Positions 28,873-41,100 of a stretch of 64,000 nucleotides of DNA are shown here, piece after piece (within the stretch, counting starts at the first letter, position 1; each line of letters starts with the position of its first letter). A model generated the notes under the pieces. The model had not been told where the DNA came from and did no database searches. It saw only the letters and a program-made list of their open reading frames with translations. Where the stretch lies: contig OZ024764.1 of assembly GCA_964016885.1 (NCBI GenBank), forward strand, positions 19,096,001-19,160,000. The letters are read 5' to 3'. The position numbers were made by a program, and so were the translations under genes. The stretch comes from Eledone cirrhosa (lineage: Eukaryota).

Positions 28873-30192
28873 TCACATCATCATTTTATGTCCACTTTTC
28901 CCTGCTTGCAAGGGTGGGATGGGTCTTATTCAGCACAGCATCTCTCCACTTGTCACGGTCCTTCATCATCTCCACCGTGAGCTTCAGTGATCTGAGGTCT
29001 GTTCTCACCACCTCCGCCCATGTTTTTCGTTGTCTACCTCTACCACGTCTTCCTTCAACTGGCATTTCCTGGCACTTCTTTACCCAGCGGTCATCCTCCA
29101 TGTGCATCACATGTCCATACCACTTCAGTCTCCTCTCTCGCGCACTACATTCTATCCCTCTTATACACAGTTTCTCTCAACACATCCATGTGTTCACGCA
29201 CATTGACATTGCACATCCAACGGAGCATGCTGGCCTCATTTCTCTCCAGCCATCGCATATTCTCTGCAGTTGCTGCCCATGTCTCACTACCATGCAGCAT
29301 CGCGCTCCTCACACAGGCATCATATAACCGGCCTTTCGTACGCAGGGAGAAACCCTTCTTCGTCAACAGAAGAAGCAGCTCCCTAAACTTCTTCCAACCT
29401 GTCCTTATTCTAGATACTATGGCCTTGGAACAGCCCCCCCCCCCTGCTAATCTGATCTCCTAGGTACCGGAAGCTATCAACCACTTCTATAAAACCTACC
29501 TGCATTTGAAAAATGTGTCTATCAATGCGACTTCTACTGTCAAATTTCCCTGTACATCTACTGCATACATAGTTTTCCCTACCTGTTAGTTTGCCTGCTA
29601 TCCCACTACATCTCTTGTGTACCCAGGATCTGCATTGTGTACATTCTATAGAATTTATGCCAGTTCATTTTCTGCATATCAAACATGGCCATTTCCCTGA
29701 CGGAATCAGTATTGTCCTCTCTTCTATTTATCAACACTTTAGTCTTAGCTAGGTTCACTCTCAGTCCTCTTGCTTCCAACTGCTGTTTCCATAGCCAGAA
29801 TTTATTCTCTAGCACCTCTACTGATTCTGCTATAAGAACCAGATCGTCAGCATAGAGAAGTTCCCATGGACAGCCAGTCTTAAACTTCTCTGTTATGGCT
29901 TGGAGGACTATAATGAACAAGAGCGGGTTGAAGACCGAACTTTGATGTACTCCTACTTGTATCTGGAATTCCTCACTAAACTCCATTCCTACTCTCACTT
30001 TACTGACAGCACCTCTGTACAAAGTTTGCACTGTCCTCACAAGCCATTCCTCAACACCTAGTTTCCTTAGGGACCACCAGGCTAAGTATAGTGGCTTATT
30101 TTTCTCTAAGAACCTCTCTTGTATTGTCTCACCAAGAAGAGGGCATCTGTTGTACTCTTCCCAGGCACAAAACCAAACTGCATCTCATCAGT
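28873..30192 (-). mobile_element. 5'-truncated degenerate RTE-clade LINE (RT and C-terminal region), copy A only
   Basis: ORF fragments GVHQSSVFNPLLFIIVL, ELLYADDLVLIAE, LHGSETWA, RGRGRQRKTW; (GAT)n-like tail near 28875; empty site in copy B near 52385. Confidence 0.9.
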
Positions 30193-30261
30193 TTAGTACC
30201 AACGTATATAGATAATATAGCTTCAAATTAAAGTTAGTAAACGACAGTTTGGAGAAATCTG

Positions 30262-30712
30262 TAACATTTATTAAACATTGCTCAAGTTTGTCAATTCTAT
30301 AGCACAATAGTTTGTTAGTTAAAGTGTTTAGTTAGATATTCTACATATAAAGAAGAGAGAATACTTTACCACAAATATTACAGTGGTATAATGATTTTCC
30401 CATCTCTTCTGGAAAATATTCCTATGTTGATGTAAATATTTCTATTGTTCATAATTTTATCAAATGTGATCTTTGTCAATATCCAAATATTTGAAAACTC
30501 CTTTGTAAATATCTAAAGTTTAATCAGAATGTAAAATCATCTTGTAAATATTCCAGACAGTGAAAAAGGAAAATGTTGTTATTTATCTCAATTCAGTAGA
30601 AATATTTCACCATAATTCACCACAGACTAAACAAGTTTATATCACTTGTATGTAACATCTTTCTGTTGTCTTTAAAAGACTCTTTTCTGTCAAGGTCATG
30701 TGATATTCTGAA
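30262..30712 (-). pseudogene. Finger-less relic of a ZNF last exon (acceptor, 5'UTR-like segment, AATAAA); duplicated at about 52445-52893
   Basis: Minus-strand acceptor ctactatttcag|aatatc parallels ttattatttcag|aatacc at 35720; aaaatcatcttgtaaatattccagacagtgaa matches 35121-35152; tttatt near 30268. Confidence 0.45.
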
Positions 30713-31006
30713 ATAGTAGAGAAACATGATTAAGATATTTAGAAAATAGAGATACAACAGTGAAAACTTTACTACATCTCTATATTAATAGATATAAACC
30801 TTACATGGTGACACAAACACTGCAACACTAACTTACAGGAAAACATCTAGTTACTTGATCTAGTTACTTCAATCAGGTGAAGAGATAAACTAGATTGACT
30901 TCATTCTCATCAGAAAATAGGATAGACAGATGGTTGGGAATATTAACTCCTTTACTGGAGAAGGACGTACAACTCAACATAGACTAGATACTAGGTGTAA
31001 GATCTA

Positions 31007-32165
31007 GAGGGACTGACAGATACAAGACTATCTGGAGATAGAAGAGTTGGAGAGTAAAAGATCTCCCTGTTAAATATAAGATCTAAAGCATAAAGGAATT
31101 GAGAGAGAGACTGAGCATAAGAGGAATCAAATGCTGCGTGCAGGAGAGGCGGTTACGCTGGTATGGACATGTGATGCGTATGAAGGATGACAGCTGCATA
31201 AAAAGGTGCAGAGCACTAGAAGTTGATGGAAACCGCGGAGTGGGGAGACCCAAGATGACTTGGGATGAGGTGATAAAAGCCGACCTTACCCAACTACACC
31301 TCTCAAAGTCAATGACACACGACCGTGACTTCTGGCGTCACGCAGTAATACAGGGTACCCGACCTCCCATGGGTACATGCTGAAGCATATAAACAATATG
31401 CCCCCACCGCAAGGTGGTCGTGGAGGTGCCACGGCAAAAAAACACCCAGCCCACACTGTAAAGTGGACGTGTAGGCGCCACGAAAAAGCACCCAGCACTC
31501 ACTGTAAATGAGGTTGGTGTTAGGAAGGGCATCCAGCTGTAGAAATCAAGCCAGATCAGTTCCTGTATGAGAAAGGCATGGTCAGCCGACCAGACACTGC
31601 CCACAACAGGACAACCTGTCTAACCCATGCTAGCGTGGAAGAACGGACGTAAAACGGTGATGATGATGATGATGAGAGGGACTGTGAGAGAGGTACAAGA
31701 CAACCTAGAGAAAAGGGTAGGGATAGTAAAAGATCTCCCTGTTAAATATAAGATCTAGAGGGACTGTGAGAGAGGTACAAGACAACCTAGAGAAAAGGGT
31801 AGGGATAGTAAAAGATCTCCCTGTTAAATATAAGATATAGAGGGACTGTGAGAGAGGTAAAAGACAACCTAGAGAAAAGGGTAGGGATAGTAAAATATCT
31901 CCCTGTTAAATATAAGATCTAGAGGGACTGTGAGAGAGATACAAGACAACCTAGAGAAAAGGGTAGGGATAGTAAAATATCTCCCTGTTAAATATAAGAT
32001 CTAGAGGGACTGTGAGAGAGGTACAAGACAACCTAGAGAAAAGGGTAGGGATAGTAAAATATCTCCCTGTTAAATATAAGATCTAGAGGGACTGTGAGAG
32101 AGGTACAAGACAATCTAACAAAAGGGGTAAGGACAGTAAAAGATCTCCCTGTTAAATATAAATTC
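31007..32165. repeat. 82-bp minisatellite (about 7 units), interrupted by an RTE 3' fragment
   Basis: Unit gagggactgtgagagaggtacaagacaacctagagaaaagggtagggatagtaaaagatctccctgttaaatataagatcta; period 31681 to 31763. Confidence 0.95.
31086..31675 (+). mobile_element. RTE LINE 3' fragment (ORF end, structured 3' UTR, (GAT)n tail), copy A only
   Basis: RRLRWYGHVMRM..GVGRPKMTWDEVI; near-identical to the reverse complement of 48306-48880; gatgatgatgatga tail; absent from the copy B 82-bp array. Confidence 0.92.
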
Positions 32166-32342
32166 AGAGATGTTCTACATGATACATATGATAAGGAGGA
32201 GGAGATTGATAACTATGACATAGAAGATATCTGGAAGTTTCTTTCAGACAGCCTGTTGTGAACCACTGATGAGATCTGTAGTTGATGTAAGCTGCCAGCC
32301 AGATGAGTGTTGCCTTGGTGATGGAATAGTACAGTAGATAGA

Positions 32343-32711
32343 AGCCGACCTTACCCAATTACACCTCTCAAAGGCAATGACACACGACCGTGACCTCTGG
32401 CGTCACGCAGTAATACAGAGTACCCAACCTCCAATGGGTACAAGCTGAAGCATATAGACAATATGCCCCCACCGCAAAAAAGCACCCAGCCCACACTGTA
32501 AAGCGGACGTGTAGGCGCCACGAAAAAGCACCCACCACTCACTGTAAATGAGGTTGGTGTTAGGAAGGACATCCAGCTGTAGAAATCAAGCCAAATCAGT
32601 TCCTGTATGAGCAAGGCATGGCCAGCCAACCAGACACTGCCCACAACAGGACAATCCGTCTAACCAATGCTAGCGTGGAAGAACGGACGTAAAACGGTGA
32701 TGATGATGATG
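32343..32711 (+). mobile_element. RTE LINE 3' fragment with (GAT)n tail, shared by both duplicates
   Basis: Matches 31278-31675 apart from a deletion of one 3'UTR module; same position in copy B at 53933-54308. Confidence 0.9.
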
Positions 32712-32915
32712 GTAGAAGTTGAAATCTAAAACAACTGAAGAGAAAGGAGGAGAACAACAATATCAAATAGTTAAAATGGAAGCTAGATATTAGGCTTACA
32801 AATTATTGATTTCTGTTGTTATTGTTAAATTCTGTTTAATCTGTGATATGTGAGACAATGTACAGGACAATAGAATTAATATCAATGTCTGACTAGCAAC
32901 AACAAAAGTTTTCAT

Positions 32916-32921
32916 TTTATT
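32916..32921 (-). terminator. Putative polyadenylation signal of ZNF copy A
   Basis: AATAAA on the minus strand about 270 nt after the stop, followed by a GU-rich tract (aacttttgttgttgct); conserved in copy B near 54512. Confidence 0.5.
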
Positions 32922-33191
32922 GGCAGGTTTAAATTACAGAAGTTCCCAAACCTTTACTAAAAATACAAATATATATCTTACCTGTTAAAGTATAATAAAT
33001 CAAAGTTTAATGTGAAAAACTTCAATTTACACAAAATCTTCAAACACTGCTTCAAAAATGGAAACCTGGTGTTTATGATCCCTGTCATAGGTAAAACCTA
33101 CAAGGTTGACCCCAGTTTTAGCCAGGATGATGGATCTACACATTTGTTGTTGTTGTTGTAGTATGATGTAATGAGTTTGATATTAACACAG

Positions 33192-34895
33192 CTAAACTTC
33201 TGTATGAATACGCACATGCTGGGTTAAGTTACCTCTAAGAGAGAATGAATTACCACAGATGTCACAGTGATATGGCTTCTCTCCTGTATGAGTACGTTTG
33301 TGGGGAGCTAAGCTACTTCTGTCAGCGAATGATTTACCACAGATGTCACAGTGATATGGCTTCTCTCCCGTATGAATACGTATGTGGCTAGTTAAGCCAC
33401 TTCTGTTAGTGAATGATTTACCACAGATGTCACAGTGATATGGCTTCTCTCCTGTATGAGTACGTTTGTGGGTAGCTAAGCTACTTCTGTCAGCGAATGA
33501 TTTACCACAGATGTCACAATGATATGGCTTCTCCCCTGTATGAATACGTTTGTGAGTAGTTAAGGTACTACTGCGACTGAATGATTTACCACAGATGTCA
33601 CAGTGATATGTCTTCTCTCCTGTATGAATACGATGGTGTTTAGTTAAGGTACTACTCTGACTGAATGATTTACCACAGATATCACAGTGATATGGCTTCT
33701 CTCCCGTATGAATACGTTTGTGAGTAATTAGGTGACTACTACGAGAGAATGATTTACCACAGATATCACAGTGATATGGCTCTTCTCCTGTATGAATACG
33801 TTTGTGTGTAATGAAGCTACTACTGCCAGAGAATGATTTACCACAGATATCACAGTGATATAGGTTCTCTCCTGTATGAATACGTTTGTGGCTAGTTAAG
33901 GTATTTCTGAGACTGAATGATTTACCACAGATATCACAGTGATATGGTTCCTCTCCTGTATGAATACGTTTGTGAGTAGTTAAAATTCTACTCTGACTGA
34001 ATGATTTACCACAGATATCACACTGATATGGCTTCTCTCCTGTATGAATACGTTGGTGTTTAACAAAGCTACTTCTGTCAGAAAATGTTTTACCACAGAT
34101 ATCACAGTGATATGGTTTCTCTCCTGTATGAATACGTTTGTGGCTAGTTAAGGTATTTCTGAGACTGAATGATTTACCACAGATATCACAGTGATATGGT
34201 TCCTCTCCTGTATGAATACGTTTGTGAGTAGTTAAAATACTACTCTGACTGAATGATTTACCACAGATATCACACTGATATGGCTTCTCTCCTGTATGAA
34301 TACGTTGGTGTTTAACAAAGCTACTTCTGTCAGAAAATGTTTTACCACAGATATCACAGTGATATGGTTTCTCTCCTGTATGAATACGTTTGTGGCTAGT
34401 TAAGGTATTTCTGAGACTGAATGATTTACCACAGATGTCACAGTGATGTGGCTTCTCTCCTGTATGAATTTGCTTGTGAACTCTGATGTTACTACCGTAA
34501 CTAAATGATTTACCACAGATATCACAGTGATATGGCTTCTCTCCTGTATGAATACGTTTGTGAGTAGTTAGGTTATAACTACAAGTGAATGATTTACCAC
34601 AGATATCACAGTGATATGGCTTCTCTCCTGTATGAATACGTTTGTGAGTAGTTAGGTGATTATTAATAGAGAATGTTTTACCACAGATATCACAGTGATA
34701 TGGTTTCTCTCCTGTATGAATATGTTTGTGACGAGTTAAGCTACTACTGTGACTGAATGATTTGTTACAGATATCACACTTATAAGGCTCCTCTCCTGTA
34801 TGAATACGTTTGTGAGTAGTTAGGTGATTACTACGAGAGAATGATTTACCACAGATATCACAGTGGAATGGTGATTTTACTATATTTTTCGACAT
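33192..34895 (-). CDS. C2H2 zinc-finger protein, 567 aa, 20 tandem fingers, no effector domain, single coding exon
   Basis: Intact ORF of 28-aa repeats Y/F-x-C-x2-C-x3-F-x5-L-x2-H-x3-H with TGEKP linkers. Confidence 0.95.
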   Translation of the reverse strand: MSKNIVKSPFHCDICGKSFSRSNHLTTHKRIHTGEEPYKCDICNKSFSHSSSLTRHKHIHTGEKPYHCDICGKTFSINNHLTTHKRIHTGEKPYHCDICGKSFTCSYNLTTHKRIHTGEKPYHCDICGKSFSYGSNIRVHKQIHTGEKPHHCDICGKSFSLRNTLTSHKRIHTGEKPYHCDICGKTFSDRSSFVKHQRIHTGEKPYQCDICGKSFSQSSILTTHKRIHTGEEPYHCDICGKSFSLRNTLTSHKRIHTGEKPYHCDICGKTFSDRSSFVKHQRIHTGEKPYQCDICGKSFSQSRILTTHKRIHTGEEPYHCDICGKSFSLRNTLTSHKRIHTGENLYHCDICGKSFSGSSSFITHKRIHTGEEPYHCDICGKSFSRSSHLITHKRIHTGEKPYHCDICGKSFSQSSTLTKHHRIHTGEKTYHCDICGKSFSRSSTLTTHKRIHTGEKPYHCDICGKSFADRSSLATHKRTHTGEKPYHCDICGKSFTNRSGLTSHIRIHTGEKPYHCDICGKSFADRSSLAPHKRTHTGEKPYHCDICGNSFSLRGNLTQHVRIHTEV

Positions 34896-35714
34896 ATCTC
34901 CTACTAAAAGATATCAATCACCTCAGTTTCTCACATAATTCACAGTTTTAATATTTTTCTCCTGTCAATATATGAATATATGGATATTTTTCTTCTTTAT
35001 GTTTATAATAATATTCCTAAAACATATTCCTCCAGATATATTTCCATCAACTTGGTCTTTCTTTATATTTAAAGATGATAGAAACTGTTTTGTAGATCTC
35101 TTCAAGTTTAATATACATATAAAATCATCTTGTACATATTCCAGACAGTGAAGAATCTAATTTTTCTGGTCTTCATTTGATTAGTTATTCCTGTAATAAT
35201 GGAAATATTTCTACTCCTGTAGTTCCATCAACTATCATCTTTGTCAATATATGAAGATCTTACAAAATCATGTGTAAATTTCTTCAGCTTTATTTTGTAT
35301 CTTCTACATATTCCAGACAGCAAAGAATAGGAGTGTTATTGAGTTTACAAGAAATATTTCACAGTATTTCTCCCCTAGATTTATATAAACAAGGTTGTAT
35401 CTGTTCTGTATAACAGCTCCCTTTAATCTTTAAATAATGGTGTTGATGAAACAACTGATATAAAAGTGTTTTATCCTTTTCATACCAGTCTTTATATTTA
35501 TCTAAAAACTTTCCATTGTAAGTTCATGAAATTGTGCAAAATTATGTTCCAAATAGCAGCTTAATACTGAGAAATTTAATTATATTACTAAATCCCTTCA
35601 AAGTGTTGAGTGTTTTTAAAATTATTTGAAAATGATGGGTAGTGTCTTTCATTAGAAATGGTTAATGTTGAGGATATGTCTGATGTAACGTGCTCCTTAA
35701 TGCCAATGTCCTCT

Positions 35715-35742
35715 GGTATTCTGAAATAATAAAAGAACATTA
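35715..35742 (-). other. Putative 3' splice acceptor of the ZNF last exon (copy A)
   Basis: Minus strand atgttcttttattatttcag|aataccag: pyrimidine tract plus CAG, conserved in copy B. Confidence 0.6.
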
Positions 35743-35865
35743 TAAGATACTGAGAAACTTGTAATACATCAGTACAAATTTCATAGAATATTTCTATATT
35801 GATAAATGGACTGTAATAAATACTAAGGCCTTCTTTGGTGAAGAATGTCCTGACTAACATAGGTT

Positions 35866-36742
35866 AGTTATTAGTGGCAGTAGATTATACTGACTGATAA
35901 AAGTAGTTATTAGTGACATTAGATTAAACTGACTGATAAAAGTAGTTATTAGTGACATTAGATTAAACTGACTGATAAAAGTAGTTATTAGTGACATTAG
36001 ATTACACTAACTGATAAAAGTAGTTAATAGTGAGATTAGATTAAACTGACTGATAAAAGTAGTTATTAGTGACATTAGATTATACTGACTGATAAAAGTA
36101 GTTATTAGTGACATTAGATTATACTGACTGATAAAAGTAGTTATTAGTGACATTAGATTATACTGACTGATAAAAGTAGTTATTAGTGACATTAGATTAT
36201 ACTGACTGATAAAAGTAGTTATTAGTGGCATTAGATTAAACTGACTGATAAAAGTAGTTATTAGTGACATTAGATTAAACTGACTGATAAAAATAGTTAT
36301 TAGTGACATTAGATTAAACTGACAGATAAAAGTAGTTATTAGTGACATTAGATTAAACTGACTGATAAAAGTAGTTATTAGTGACATTAGATTAAACTGA
36401 CAGATAAAAGTAGTTATTAGTGACATTAGATTAAACTGACTGATAAAAGTAGTTATTAGTGACATTAGATTATACTGACAGATAAAAGTAGTTATTAGTG
36501 ACATTAGATTAAACTGACTGATAAAAGTAGTCATTAGTGACATTAGATTAAACTGACTGATAAAAGTAGTTATTAGTGACATTAGATTAAACTGACAGAT
36601 AAAAGTAGTTATTAGTGACATTAGATAATACTGACAGATAAAAGTAGTTATTAGTGACATTAGATTATACTGACTGATAAAAGTACTTATTAGTGACATT
36701 AGATTATACTGACTGATAAAAGTAGTTATTAGTGATATCAGA
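35866..36742. repeat. 39-bp AT-rich minisatellite (about 22 units), putatively intronic
   Basis: Unit attagattatactgactgataaaagtagttattagtgac. Confidence 0.97.
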
Positions 36743-36746
36743 TTAA

Positions 36747-36954
36747 CCCTTTAGTATTTACATTACTCTATATTTACTATTATATTTTCACAGAAAATGC
36801 TTTATCTCACATAATATCAAATCTATGAGATTTTCATGTTATTTATTTTGAGAACAATACCTTAACATAAGTATAAGTGACCAGTTACGGCCAGTTTGAA
36901 CAGAAAGACATGAGACAATTCTGGCCAGATATGGCCAGTTTATATACTAAAGGG
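36747..36954. mobile_element. piggyBac-type MITE with TTAA target duplication; paralogue at 58707-58914
   Basis: ttaa|ccctttagtat ... atactaaaggg|ttaa. Confidence 0.8.
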
Positions 36955-36961
36955 TTAAAGA

Positions 36962-37587
36962 AATTAGGTGTAGAAGAATGGCTTGTGAGAAGCTGTCAGT
37001 AAAGTGTGTCTAGTGAGGAATTGAAGGTACAGGTAGGAGTTCATCATGGTTTAGTTCTTAGCCCACTGTTGTTCATCATAGTTCTCCAAGCCATAACAGA
37101 GAGGTTTAAGACTGGCTGTCTATGGAAACTTCTCTATGTAGATGACCAACTATAGATATAGAATTTGAAATGGTAAGTTCTGAGAATATACTTAGCCAAA
37201 ACTAAAGTGCTAATGGATAGGAGAGAAGACCCTGACCCCTTCAGGAAAGTGGCCCTGCTCCATATGTAGAAAAGGAATAAGTAGAGATAACCACAATGAC
37301 AGAGACCTAGTTATAATAGCAGGGGACTTGAATGGTCATGTTGAACAGTTCCAGGATGGATACACTGGGGTACATGGTGGTCATGGTTATGGCTCAAGAA
37401 ATGAAGAAGGAGTGAGGCTTCTTGTATTTTGTGATGCAAGTGAACTAACCATTTGCAACACTTCAAGAAACCTACCAACCACCTAATAACCTACCAATCA
37501 GGTGAGCACATGAGACAGATTGACTTCGTGCTAGTTAGGGAGTAAGACAGATAGATGGTGTCAAATACTAAGGCATACCCCAGGGAA
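36962..37587 (+). mobile_element. Old rearranged RTE LINE fragments (RT piece followed by AP-endonuclease piece)
   Basis: VGVHHGLVLSPLLFIIVLQ-like segment, then a GD-NGHV..HGGHGYGSRNEEG segment (clearer in the copy B ORF 59256-59453). Confidence 0.8.
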
Positions 37588-37597
37588 CAAAGTAGCA

Positions 37598-37957
37598 GGA
37601 AACGACTAGATTTGTAGATAAAGAAGTGGGAGACAGGATTATCAGAGTTAAGAAGAGCTACACACTTCTCCAGTTGGCTGGGAAATAATTATCTTTCCTT
37701 AATTTTATTGCTCGACCTCTTAGATGTTTGCAATCGACTTTTCTTCCTGAAAACGGAAACCCTAATCCTAATACTGGGAAATAAAACGTCTATTGCAAGT
37801 ATCTAAGGGGTCCAGAGAAAATATACTGGAAAAGGGGTATAGCAAGAATTCTAAGAAAAATAATTATTCCCACCCAACGTGAGGTGTGAGTAGATCTGTG
37901 AAACTACATCTCTCTGTATACTTTCACCCTACTTTTTCTACAAATCTAGTCGTTTCC
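37598..37957. mobile_element. MITE with long imperfect terminal inverted repeats; paralogue at 62171-62528
   Basis: ggaaacgactagatttgtaga ... tctacaaatctagtcgtttcc (21-bp perfect ends, imperfect pairing further in). No TSD recognised; superfamily uncertain. Confidence 0.75.
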
Positions 37958-38102
37958 GTGAGGGTACCTGGTTATTTCAGCACCGTAGCCTCACCTTACT
38001 GAGGTGTCAGGTGATATCCGTAAGAGTACCTGGTTATCTCAGCACCTTAGCCTCACCATCACCCGTTGTAATGCTGCCAGTGTGTTGGCTTGCCTCAAAG
38101 TG
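37958..38102 (+). mobile_element. CRE-like LINE C-terminal relic with about 62-bp tandem duplication; paralogue at 62529-62715
   Basis: Translates as ..WLSQHLSLTITRCNAASVLACLK, versus WLFQHFSLAITRGNTDSVLACLK in the element at 38482-38560. Confidence 0.75.
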
Positions 38103-38149
38103 TGTAGTTAACCCCTAGGGTGTGAGGTGTGGCCTATTATCACACTGTA

Positions 38150-41100
38150 AATTCAATTTATTCACGTTTATAATAACATATATAATGACACAATGCTTAG
38201 AGGAAAGTCATAGAATCACTTATATCAACACAAGTGGATAAGTTCCTTCAGAATGAAAATATAAACAGAGCATATAAATAAATTTACAGTAGAATAACAT
38301 AACAAATATGTTTTAAATATATAAATAACATTACAAATGCCTCGGTAACACTATAAAGGATGATACAATGAAAGATAAATTACTTCAATGTTGCAATATT
38401 AAAGAAAATGTGAAGGAAGGGGTGGACAACGGAGCCAACACCAGAGCAAAAGACAGCAACGAGGGGTACTGGGAAACCGCTCTAATGAGTTTTGAGGCAA
38501 GCCAGCACACTGTCAGTGTTACCTCGGGTGATGGCGAGGCTGAAGTGCTGGAACAGCCAAACGCCCTCGCGATTTCGCCAGTTACCTCTATAAGGCGAGC
38601 CGCCAGTGAGGAAAGGAACCTCGCAGTCAGCGGCCCAACTCCCCCAAACGTCTCGAAGGCCACAGGCCAAAAAATGTAGCTGGCCGACAGATCAGAGTAT
38701 TTGAGGGTCTTACTCCGCTCGGCTGCCGAAGCTGTGGCTCTCGTCCTTACCGCAGCATCAAGGATGTGGGAAAGAGCAAAGGAGTCACTAACAGTGACGT
38801 CCCAGATTAAGCACCTGCCTCTCGACCAGGGGCACAGGGTAAGGCTGTCAGGTCTTTTGCCGTCACTTCTGGACAACCCAGATGGTTCCAAGACTGAGGG
38901 GATGTTTGCCCGGGCCAAAGCTCTCTTCAGAATAAAGTTTAGCTCCGTGTGACGGGCGAAGTGGCCGGCATCCAGGCGGCAAGAAAGACCGTGGAGGCCT
39001 GTGGAGTCGAGGAGCTAGCCACATCTCAAACCCATGCAGACGTCAGCTCCCACTCTGAGGGTGATGGAGACACGAAGTTCATCCAGGCTGAGTAGGCCTC
39101 CAACGTTGGCCACGGGTAAGGCATCGACCCAGTCACTGAAGTATTTGGCGCTGGCAGATGGTAAGTGGCACCTTGTAAACTGATCTGAGAGGACGAAGAG
39201 GGAATCGAAGGTGGCATTCCAACGTATCCTGTCCCAAGTTCTCTGACTTCAACTGTCCTCCACCTTCTCAGGAAGAGACAAGCCCAACTCACTCCATTGC
39301 TGGAGAGCTTCACACAACTCCCTGTTGGAACTAGTCCATGTTGGAGAGGAGAGGATGCTGCAAGCTTGGGTGGAGGAAAGGAAGCAGGGGAGAGAGAGGG
39401 ACGAACACTTACTAACATTGACCAGACACTCGAGTCTCTCGAAGATTAGGTCGTCGAAGCGTTGGAGGCAGGATGGAAATCTGTGAGAGGGGCTGACCCT
39501 GAGCAGATACAGAAGCTTAGGAATAGACAGGTAGTTCCTGAGTAAGAAGAAACCTTGATGGGGTTCGATATCTTCAATATTCCTCAGCAACTGCTCAAGG
39601 CCAACCATCTTCGATTGGATGGTTGACTCGAAGGTCAGGTCTGTGATTGGGCGTCCTAAGGAGCACCAAGCCGACGGGGGAGGGACCGTGATGAAAGGGA
39701 AGGACTCTGCGAACAGGTCGATCAGCTGTTGGTGTTAAGAAGCCGGGTGGTTGAGAATCCAAAGCTCACATTTGGAGCTATTGATCTGGAGACCCCGGCG
39801 CCAAGCTCCTCCACCATCCTGTTGGCAGTGGCGAGAACCATATCCGGAGTTCCCCCCACCAGGCGTCGTCAAGCTACCAGACATTGAGGTCCAACTCAGC
39901 CCCCATCATGGTGACGTCATCAATGTCCAGTGCGGGGGGGGGGGGTCCCGAGTGGGTCACCCTGTTGGACTCCTGAGGCAGAGGTGATGATCTGGTCACT
40001 GAAAGAGAGGTAGGAGGGCTCCCGATAAGCCTGCTAAGCAAAGTGGTAGAGTTGTGGGACCCTCTCTCTTACGGCTGACGGAGTGGAAGGCATTCCTTGG
40101 AGACCAACAGCAATCACGCCTTTGCACTGAGGCGGCGAGGTGTGCAGCCAACCGCAATGCGGCGCAGGTCCCCGTTGGGCTTGGTGAGACCAAATAGCTT
40201 CGCACCGAAGAACAGTGGGCGGATGAACGTGAGAACGTTCACTGATTCACAAACTGAGTCAGACTCTGCAAGAGCTCGAGTCCGGCATCACCGGCCGATA
40301 AGGAGATACCATCCTTGAGGTAATTCCCGCGCCTGACCTAGCGGGGAAGGATGAAATCGCCTTTCTGATGATATTGGTGGTGTAAACCGGTCTCAAATAT
40401 TCTGGTGGTTCGGGCCAGTGTTGCTGATCATCTGGGGGTGCTTCTCTTTCAGACGCTCACGAGAGTCAGAGTTAGTTGGAGCAAGGGAGGACAGCCCCTT
40501 TAATGTCAAATTCGCTGAATTTGGCATTGACGGCTCGCTTGAGGTCTACCGGTTGTCTGTTGGTGGACACCGAGCTCGGAGACGAACTGAGATGAGACGT
40601 GGTTGGGGTGGACTCAAACAGCTGGAACTGCCGCTTGAGAGAGGACTTGAGGGAACCCGAGTTCGCATTGTGCACGTGAAGAGAGATGAGGGGAAACAAA
40701 AACAATTTCTGCCAGTCTATTGTTGGACGAGCAAACGTTTTTCAGTAAATTAGAGAGGGCACCTGCAAAGCTGTTCCGACCTCCCTTAAGGTTCCGGTTA
40801 ACGAGCTTTGATTTGGAGAAGCCCGGGGGGGGGGGGGCAGTGGAAAGTCGTCGGTAGAGTGTTGGTCATCCCCACGGAATAGTCGGAGCTGAAGTGGCAC
40901 CGATGACAGGTCCAGTGTTGAAGCCTTTCGGCTTGAGCTTTGGTGATGCCGACACAGCTTCTGTTGTAGCTTGCGTGGCATAGGTGACATTTAATTGTCT
41001 TTAAGTACTGGTTAGTGCGGGCACAGAGGGCGCAATCAGGTGGCGGGCTGGCAACAGCCGGCAGTAGAGGGCCAGCGTTGGAATTCGGTGAAGGGAGTGA

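Noticed and set aside
34896-35860. Upstream effector domain (KRAB/SET/BTB-like) for the ZNF; ORF 35588-35860
   Set aside because: Multiple stops lie between the acceptor and the ATG, the small ORF straddles the intron boundary, and no domain is recognisable.
35866-36742. Hammerhead ribozyme in the 39-bp repeat (ctgataa)
   Set aside because: It lacks the CUGANGA and GAAA core and the flanking stems.
37755-37772. Telomere-like ccctaa tract (also near 62332)
   Set aside because: Only two imperfect units inside a MITE.
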